Shown: positions 1 to 7,500 of the stretch, one piece after another | Layout of the letters: each line of letters starts with the position of its first letter | Numbering within the stretch: position 1 is the first letter of the stretch | DNA from: Auanema rhodensis | Taxonomy: Eukaryota > Animalia > Nematoda | DNA: 64,000 nt | Assembly: GCA_964057225.1 (NCBI GenBank) | Contig: OZ059897.1 | Span: 17,484,001-17,548,000, forward strand | Direction: 5' to 3' | Notes under the pieces: model-generated | Seen by the model: the letters and a program-made list of their open reading frames with translations, nothing else | Told to the model about the DNA's origin: nothing | Database searches by the model: none | Program-made: the position numbers and the translations under genes

Positions 1-472
1 ATTGCTGCAGACAATTACGTATTTGTAATATATCTGAATGACTTTTCATCAGTATTATATATGTACTATTGATTCGACTGGTCCTGTCCAGTTGAAATGC
101 CGCTTGCACAAGATTAAACACTGCCAAATTCCAGTGATGAGCCCATACTGTAAAAATGTTGTTGAGTAATTCCTTTGCTGCTTTATTCGATGAAAAAAAG
201 TTCATCAAATCATCCAGCACTAGTATAGTATTTACTCCCTTTTGTTCTTTTATCAAATCAGGATCAGGAGGCCCTTGAATAATTATTAAACGCTCATCAT
301 TTATTGGTACACCTGACGATGACCCACATTGACTAAACCAGAATATTCTATCAATGGGGACGTTGAAAAACTTTTCAGTATTTTCACATATGTGCTTTAT
401 GAGGGTTGTTTTACCGCATTGGGTAGCACCTATTACAGTTGTCTGACTGGGTAGTTTGAAGCTGAAAACCAT
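1..472 (-). CDS. Genome-packaging ATPase (A32/FtsK-HerA-like), 3'-truncated by the window edge; absent from the ORF track
   Basis: Manual translation from ATG at 472: MVFSFKLPSQTTVIGATQCGKTTLIKHI...TILVLDDLMNFF...IFTVWAHHWNLAVFNLVQAAFQLDRTSRINSTYIILMK... Walker A GATQCGKT, Walker B ILVLDD, conserved Q and R-x-N motifs; open to position 1. Confidence 0.93.
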   Translation of the reverse strand, partial: MVFSFKLPSQTTVIGATQCGKTTLIKHICENTEKFFNVPIDRIFWFSQCGSSSGVPINDERLIIIQGPPDPDLIKEQKGVNTILVLDDLMNFFSSNKAAKELLNNIFTVWAHHWNLAVFNLVQAAFQLDRTSRINSTYIILMKSHSDILQIRNCLQQ

Positions 473-551
473 AATCAACCACTCGTAAATGTACCTAAAA
501 TGCAAATGATTTCATTTGCAATAGTGTACACGTATCAAGTGGTGGTTTGTC
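473..551. promoter_or_regulatory. Putative bidirectional promoter between divergent ATPase and minor capsid genes, with a 20-bp dyad
   Basis: 79-bp gap between divergent ATGs. TGCAAATGA-TT-TCATTTGCA (501-520) is a perfect 9-bp inverted repeat. Confidence 0.45.
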
Positions 552-1409
552 ATGGATGATTTTTACATTACTCTTCCATCATCAGTTGACTCTGAAAAAA
601 GTAATACATCATCAGTGTTTCTTACCAGATTACCTGAAACACTAAGGCTACGCAATAATAGGTATTGTATTGGGCTGACAGACATCATTTTTCCTTGTTC
701 TATATTAAATGTTCAAAAAGATTTATCTTATACACTACGTTTTTCCAATAGAAAATTTATTCTACACTTGCCTAAAGGCAACTATGCAAATGGTGATGAA
801 ATAATACGCGGAATCAATGCTGGAAGAGAATCATTTATCGCCAACAATACAAAGCCTCTTGGAGCTGAGGAAGAAGCACGTATAAAAAGTTTAATAGATA
901 AAGATGAAGATGTAAAAAAATGGTATAATAATCGCCAGGCTGAGGCTAAGCTAGTGGAGGAAATGCTCGCAGATGCCACATTTCAGTTTAACAAAACATT
1001 GCAGCGCATAGAGTTTGTAACAAGCAAGCGACTATTAATGAATGCAACGCTTGGTGATGATTTTGCATATTTTCTTGGTTTTGAAAATAAAAACATCAAC
1101 GATACAATAATAGCCAGGCGTCCCATTGATTTTTCAAATAACATTAATACAATGTATATATATTGTGATATTGTAGAATATTCCATTCTTGGTAATGTGA
1201 AAGCTAATTTACTTGCATGTTTACCTGTACCACCTCCTACTGAATTTGGTAAAATGATTGCCAAAACATTTAATCCTATTCGTTATGTACCAATCACTAG
1301 ACAAACACTCGATACCATACGTATTGAAATTTTAGATGAATTTGGTCGTCCTATGCAATTTAATTATGGTTCTACAGTTGTTACATTGCATGTTAAAAAT
1401 ATGAAATAA
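552..1409 (+). CDS. Minor capsid protein (penton, single jelly-roll)
   Basis: 285 aa. N-terminal FYITLPS...FLTRLPETLRL...IGLTDIIFP and C-terminal YIYCDIVE...YVPI...IRIEILDEFGRPMQF...VVTLH are typical of Polinton minor capsid proteins; context agrees. Confidence 0.88.
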   Translation: MDDFYITLPSSVDSEKSNTSSVFLTRLPETLRLRNNRYCIGLTDIIFPCSILNVQKDLSYTLRFSNRKFILHLPKGNYANGDEIIRGINAGRESFIANNTKPLGAEEEARIKSLIDKDEDVKKWYNNRQAEAKLVEEMLADATFQFNKTLQRIEFVTSKRLLMNATLGDDFAYFLGFENKNINDTIIARRPIDFSNNINTMYIYCDIVEYSILGNVKANLLACLPVPPPTEFGKMIAKTFNPIRYVPITRQTLDTIRIEILDEFGRPMQFNYGSTVVTLHVKNMK

Positions 1410-1419
1410 ACGTTTTATT
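1404..1419. terminator. Overlapping back-to-back polyadenylation signals of convergent genes
   Basis: AATAAA-CGT-TTTATT gives AATAAA on both strands, each overlapping the stop codon of one convergent gene. The stops at 1409 and 1415 are 5 bp apart. Confidence 0.55.
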
Positions 1420-1879
1420 CAACAGTTATACAATACCACATTTTTATTTTCGAAGGTTTAAAAGATAGTTTAGGGCAGTTTTGTTTGTCGCTCGGCTCGT
1501 GTTGTGAATGTTCTCCGTCACTATTGCTGCGGCATCTTTTTGATTGGGTTGAATGTACAAACTCCTCAGCTTTTTCAAAGGGTTTGCTGGTATCATTTCC
1601 ATCACCATCTTCACCATTCGTTCCATTATTATTATGAATACGCCGAATATGACGCTCACAATTGAATCTTGTTCCAAAAGTTTCACTACAATGAGGGCAC
1701 AAACGTCTACGAACACCATCCAAATGTCCATATTTTTGAATAAAGTCAGCATTGCTGATATAATTGTTACATATGGGTTGAATCCCTGCATGTCTTTTCA
1801 AAACGTGATCACTAAAATGCTTGGTTGAAGAAAATATTTCCTTGCATGTACCACAATATTTGTTACATAAAAGTTCCAT
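1415..1879 (-). CDS. C2H2 zinc-finger protein (two fingers)
   Basis: First ATG at 1879. CGTCKEIFSSTKHFSDHVLKRH and CPHCSETFGTRFNCERHIRRIH fit C-x2-C-x3-F-x8-H-x4-H; a low-complexity polar tail follows. Confidence 0.8.
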   Translation of the reverse strand: MELLCNKYCGTCKEIFSSTKHFSDHVLKRHAGIQPICNNYISNADFIQKYGHLDGVRRRLCPHCSETFGTRFNCERHIRRIHNNNGTNGEDGDGNDTSKPFEKAEEFVHSTQSKRCRSNSDGEHSQHEPSDKQNCPKLSFKPSKIKMWYCITVE

Positions 1880-1920
1880 TAGAGGAAAATGAAAAACGAC
1901 CACACGCAATCAACCCACTT

Positions 1921-2091
1921 TTATATAATGAGCAATAATATGACTAGTGTTGTACAAAAGCCCAATCCCAATGCTATACCTTTAATAAATGGCACTGAAA
2001 TACATTTCAACATTCTCCTGTATAAAGGCGCTGGTTTAGATTGCTCCAACGTGTATTTGACACATAATTCACAGTGACACGGAATATTCAT
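1921..2091 (-). CDS. Possible small (56 aa) Cys-containing protein with C-terminal transmembrane helix
   Basis: ATG at 2091. MNIPCHCELC...FIKGIALGLGFCTTLVILLLII; fills the gap between two co-oriented genes. Confidence 0.45.
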   Translation of the reverse strand: MNIPCHCELCVKYTLEQSKPAPLYRRMLKCISVPFIKGIALGLGFCTTLVILLLII

Positions 2092-2132
2092 AACTGACCA
2101 CGTAATGTAGCAGGTTATTAATGACAAATTTC

Positions 2133-2588
2133 TTATATAGTAGCCAATTTATAGTCGAATACTTTATGCATAAACGCTTTAATAAAGACATCATCATTTT
2201 TCAATAGTTTAAAAAATGAACAAATGCTTTCAAATGAATTACCAGCCGACAACATTAGTATTACAAATACCACGTAGCCACCACAAGTGTATTCAATTAT
2301 ACGTTGTGGTTTGCAAGTATTAATTTTTACCTTTTTATATTTGGCCAGATAATTTTGAATGTACTTGTTCATTTTATATCCCAAGCTACAGAAAAAATAG
2401 GCTTGCTTGTTACGGACAAAGATGACCTGCCAATGTGTGCCTGGCTTATCATGTGTGTCAGTATTTACGACAAGTGCAAAGTTTTTACGACGCGTTTTGG
2501 GTAGAGTATCAGCGCTATATACACCGAGGAATAGTTTCCGAGTGCTGGGTACAGATTGCAATAGTGATACTATTTCAGACGAATACAT
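2133..2588 (-). CDS. Adenain-like (clan CE) capsid maturation cysteine protease
   Basis: ATG at 2588, 151 aa. FLGVYSADTLP...LVVNTDTHDKPGTHW (His), PQ (oxyanion Gln), TCGGY (Cys). Confidence 0.92.
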   Translation of the reverse strand: MYSSEIVSLLQSVPSTRKLFLGVYSADTLPKTRRKNFALVVNTDTHDKPGTHWQVIFVRNKQAYFFCSLGYKMNKYIQNYLAKYKKVKINTCKPQRIIEYTCGGYVVFVILMLSAGNSFESICSFFKLLKNDDVFIKAFMHKVFDYKLATI

Positions 2589-2639
2589 TTTAGTAGAATG
2601 ATCTAGTGTAACTTTTGTATTGCGCGCGTGCGGTTCGAT

Positions 2640-3092
2640 ATGCCACACCTCCTTTTGGATGTCAACTCTATTCAATGGACAACACTTTTAAATCAACAAA
2701 TGGGTGGCGCCCCATTTAGCGGAATGATGTTTCAACGTGGAATGCAGAGGGGTCATGGTTTGGGTGGTATTTTGGCAACTTTGGCATCATTTCTACCACG
2801 CATCATTCAATCACCTATAGCCCAAAATCTCATCAATGCCGGAAGAAACGTCTTATCCAGTGCTGTAAGCAATAGTCCAGTTGTAAATTCACCTCTTGGC
2901 GGACAGTTGCTGAAAACTGGTAATGAAATTGTCGATGGGGTGCTGAAAGGCGATAATATCAAGGAAACTCTTAAAACAGCCGGCCGACAAGCTATACGAG
3001 ATCTTACCGGTTTGGGCAAACGGCGACGACGCAAAACCACAAAACCTCATAAGCGGTTGTGCATCACTCGTGAGCGGTCGTTTCACATTTAA
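2640..3092 (+). CDS. Basic core/membrane-active virion precursor (pVII/pX-like Polinton protein)
   Basis: ATG at 2640, 150 aa. FSG...QRGHGLGGILATLASFLP amphipathic segment, Gly-rich protease-site-like motifs, Arg/Lys-rich tail GKRRRRKTTKPHKR; directly upstream of the major capsid gene. Confidence 0.75.
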   Translation: MPHLLLDVNSIQWTTLLNQQMGGAPFSGMMFQRGMQRGHGLGGILATLASFLPRIIQSPIAQNLINAGRNVLSSAVSNSPVVNSPLGGQLLKTGNEIVDGVLKGDNIKETLKTAGRQAIRDLTGLGKRRRRKTTKPHKRLCITRERSFHI

Positions 3093-4427
3093 ATGGCTAA
3101 ATTGATAGATTCAAAATCAGCACAAGCCCTTTTACCTAATATCAACTATGGTGAAATACCTGCGTCGGCATTAGGTGTTGAATCCACTCGTACTGTACAA
3201 GTCCCTTTGAAAAATACTTTTCTTCCTCAAGGACCATGGGAATTTGTTATAGCTCAAAATTCCAAATCATTCCTCAATCTGAGAAGATGTTGGTTGAATG
3301 TAAAATTTAAAATTGTAACCACAAACGGTGATCCAGTACCAGACAACCTTGTTTTTGCACCATGTCAACAATTTGCTGCCAGTTTAATACATTCGTATCA
3401 TTTGAAAATTGGCGATGTTAGCGTGTATGACTCTACCGTGAATCATGCCTATAAAACATATATCGAGAATATTTTAATGTATAGCAACGATGTTAAAGAG
3501 AGCAAACTTGCCATATCAGGCTATTATGCTGATAGATATATAGATAATGCATCCAGTGCTGGATTTAGAACGCGTCAAACGCTTGTAAAAAATGGCATAT
3601 TGTGTGAGATGGCTGCTCCCGTCAGTATCGACCTATTTAATCAAGAGCGACTGTTTGTAAACTATTCAAAAATGGAGCTAACTGCATATCCAAACCGTGA
3701 TAACTTTTTAATTGACACTCTAGGCTGGAATAATGAAAACAAGGATACTACATTAAAGGAGGAGTTTCCAAATTTGAAAGTAGATATCAGCGATGTACAT
3801 TTGCTCATTCAAGAGTTTGATCTAAACGCTGGATTAGCTATGGCTATAGAAGATAAACTCGCAAAGGATCGAATACACTACCCCATGACATCAGTGAAAA
3901 TGCGCTCTTATTTCATAGAAGGAGGCCGCTTGGATTCACCTAATAATATATTATTCACGTCTCATACACCGAAACGTGTTGTAGTAGGTCTTGTTGGCGC
4001 ACACGCTTATAATGGTACTTTTAAACATTCGCCATTCAACTTTAAACCGTTTGATTTGAAAAATATATACTTGACGCTCAACAATAGGGTAATACCTACC
4101 CGTCCTTATAATTTAGAATGGCGATCTTCCTATGCCACAGCATATATTGACATGCTCGAAGGTTTGGGACTTGGTCGTACAGATTCATCCAATGGTATTA
4201 CACCAGCAATGTATAAAGCTGGTTTCACATTTTTTGTATTTGATATTTCTCCTACTGTGCATTCGTCAGAGTTATTTGATGTTATACGACAAGGTAATGT
4301 AGCCTTGAAACTGGAATTTGGTCAACAAACGCCGCAAGAGGGCTTATATGCAATTGTTTATGCAGAGTATGACTCTATTCTTTCAATTGACAACAATCGT
4401 GCTCCATATATTGATACCAGTTTGTAA
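3093..4427 (+). CDS. Major capsid protein (double jelly-roll, hexon-like)
   Basis: 444 aa, intronless. Motifs PKRVVVGLV...AYNG...SPFNFKPFDL, GFTFFVFDISP, GNVALKLEF, IVYAEYDSILSID are typical of Polinton MCP. Confidence 0.92.
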   Translation: MAKLIDSKSAQALLPNINYGEIPASALGVESTRTVQVPLKNTFLPQGPWEFVIAQNSKSFLNLRRCWLNVKFKIVTTNGDPVPDNLVFAPCQQFAASLIHSYHLKIGDVSVYDSTVNHAYKTYIENILMYSNDVKESKLAISGYYADRYIDNASSAGFRTRQTLVKNGILCEMAAPVSIDLFNQERLFVNYSKMELTAYPNRDNFLIDTLGWNNENKDTTLKEEFPNLKVDISDVHLLIQEFDLNAGLAMAIEDKLAKDRIHYPMTSVKMRSYFIEGGRLDSPNNILFTSHTPKRVVVGLVGAHAYNGTFKHSPFNFKPFDLKNIYLTLNNRVIPTRPYNLEWRSSYATAYIDMLEGLGLGRTDSSNGITPAMYKAGFTFFVFDISPTVHSSELFDVIRQGNVALKLEFGQQTPQEGLYAIVYAEYDSILSIDNNRAPYIDTSL

Positions 4428-4562
4428 TGTATGTAATAAATTCTTTAAAAGATTTAAGAATAAAATTTATTAATACAACTATTTTTAAAAATATACATGT
4501 ACAATGATAAAATTTTATAAATACAAATATATACAAGATAAAAATTTATAAATTCAAATATA
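4428..4562. terminator. AT-rich convergent 3' region with polyadenylation signals on both strands
   Basis: AATAAA at ~4435 and ~4458 (+) and TTTATT at ~4466 (AATAAA on -), between the MCP and PolB stop codons. Confidence 0.5.
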
Positions 4563-7500
4563 TTAAACACAATAACCGTAGGGTAAAGTACTATAATCTT
4601 GTAGATAACAAAGTTTATCCATTACGACTCTAGTACTTTTTGTCATATCCATTGTGGATATGGCACCGAGTTGCCTCTTTAACAAGGTTGTGTTGGTTTT
4701 TAAAACCAATTTCTCTCCATCCATAACGAGACCGCGAACCAGTCGCTCCATACTTTCAAAGTTTACCACTGACGCTGCCGTGTGGTCCAACGTCTGTAAA
4801 TTATAAAATTATTTGAAAAGTCAAAGCTCGTACTTACCACTCCCTTTGCCTTTGTTACATATTTTACATCACCAGCTGCATTTACAAGTTTATAACTATA
4901 AACTTTTGCCGCTGGTGACACAAACTTGGTCATTGACCAACCATCGGGTATTTCAGAGGTTAGTTTACCTAACCATTCACCCTTCATATCCTCAATTGGA
5001 TCTGGCTCATCCAGGCACCTTTGATAAATTAGTGAATCCGTGTCTAAATAATGTAAGTTTAAATTGAATACAAAGTATAACATTACCTGTATACACCAAA
5101 TTCTTTCCAATTTTCTCCATTGCCTTATACAATAGTAGCCTTGCATGAGCGGTTGTATAGGCCGCAATAGCTACATTTGTAAAAGGCGGTGGTGCCAAAT
5201 GTGAATCCTCTGGTACTGTTGTGCAGTACGCAACATTATCCACAATTTTGAACCCAGTGAGTTCCCTTGCAGGATCAGTAATGATCCTACCAATTTCTGG
5301 GTCCTCAACACCAATAATCTTGGTTTGGGCTTTATCAGGTCTTTGACCCATTTTACCCCAGACACTATAAGCAAATTTGTAATGTATTGTTTTAAAAAGT
5401 TTACAAACCTATTTAGCTGCAGTTTGGCAATGCTACGCATGGCAGCATTCTTCTCAATTTTATTGCTCTCCAGAGCAACACCAGTGTTCTCCTCGTGCTC
5501 TTGGAGATAAATCACCTGTAAAATTCTATTTAATGTGATACTTTTGTTAAAACATACCTTTTCTTCCTCTGTCATGTTTGGCTTTGGCCAGCCCGACGCC
5601 TCTTGTTTAATTTTGATGTACTTTTGTACAAACTCTTTAAACAGGCCGCCTTGTTGCCATTCTTCCCAGTGCCACACCTCATGCACATGAAGCACTTTAT
5701 AGCCACGTTGTATGGCACACTCGAGCTCAACATGTGTCACGGTTAGATGCAGCTTTCTAGCATTTACATCATTCTGGTGCTCACATGTTACATTTTTACT
5801 TTTGACTGCACAAGTGCGGCAGTTTGTAAAAATAAGTTTACCGCCAATACGTGTGCCTAATACAGGGTACAGCAAATTTGTGGGTGCAAGCACGTCACAT
5901 TTTACTAGCCCCTTGTATGGGCAACATGTCTCAAAGCTTTTGAAACCCTCAGTAATAACTTTGGGATTACCTACAGGGTAATAGGCATCAAAGGCTGTGA
6001 CATATGGATATAGTGAACAAAAGTCCACATACTCGAGCGAGTATCTATCCGAAGCTTGTGCCAAAAGCTTATATGTCTGGGTGCGGCCACCGGTAAAGGC
6101 ATCTCTAGGTGCCAAGCGTGTAACAACATTTGTTTCGCGCATAAATTTCGCCATTTCTTCATTGGCCGAAATTTGAGCATTAATTTCGTGCTCCCACACT
6201 GTGGTAACACTAATGCCTTGGCTTTGAATTGCTTCAAGCCTTTTCATGGTTTTATCATAAACCTAAATTTTAAAAGTTAAAATGATTAAAAAAGTCACAA
6301 TTACCTCTTCCATTGTTTCACCATTTCTGCCTGGTGCTATAGCGCTCTTGTTGGTGCACTGGGGGCAACCATGGTAAATGCAACCATTAATCTACAAAAA
6401 TTTGAATTTTTTACATTTATCACAAATTACTCACCTCATAGCCATGATTGGCAACGGGGTCATAAGCATCGAGTAGATAGCGATGACCATCTACTCTCAC
6501 TGCAAATTCACCACCATTAAGCTTATGCATTAATGGGCGGCCCAGTCCTTGTTCTAGCCATTTTATATACTTTATGGCTATTATACTCTGCTTTTGACCG
6601 GCATAATAACCAGTCTCGGGCAGAATACCCACTTGGTTCTCTTTAATATGATTCATTTTCAGCTGTAATATACTAGTTTTGAAAATGCTTGTATTTGAAA
6701 AAACTTGCCTGGAATAAAGAGAAACTGGCAAATGTCATACACTGTATGACAGGGTTCCAGCCAGTGGTGGCGGTTGCCAACTTCATGTAAACTTTCATAC
6801 AGTTGGTTAAAATACGGACATCTGTCCTACAATATTCCAAAAGCTCTTCATCAAAATCAAACGCTCTTTGATTACGCTCTTCATACCAAATATTGAATGA
6901 AGCTAGGTCTTCTGCTTTCATTCTAGCAGTACAATAGTACTGTTTTGGTGGTAAAGATGGTAACACTTTGCCATAATTTATTGGATGGTTAAAGAGGTAA
7001 GGAAACTGTCCTTTACTCATATCAGGTACACCAAATGCCTTGGGTAACGCTGATAGGGGTAAAGGCACTAATAAATAACTATCTTTAAAATATAAATGAT
7101 TAAATTTTTGACCTCTTAAAGGCTTGACAACCATGCTTATAATCTTGGTCCCATTTAAAATTGGATCAGGATATATACCACGGTTTATCAGCCTAGACAC
7201 CAAGAAATGTATGTCAAAGCGTGAACCATTATGCGCAATCAAAATTGCATTATCATTCTCAACAGAGTTGAGTAACCAATCAAGGAAACGATCTGTTACA
7301 GACCATTCACTATCACCTTGTTGATACCCAAAATGGCCCTCCTTGGTTGTGCATTTTTCACATGAGTTGGCATCTATACAACTTTCACAAAATTTATTAT
7401 ACACAACCATATTGGGCCATTGTTCATCTGCATATTCATGAACATTTGTACCGCTTTTTAACACAACCGTTTCAAAGTCATAGAATATAATCTTAAACAA

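Noticed and set aside
2589-2675. Upstream TTG/GTG starts given by the ORF track for the protease (2675) and core protein (2628)
   Set aside because: Eukaryotic context; the first ATGs (2588, 2640) give non-overlapping divergent genes of expected size.
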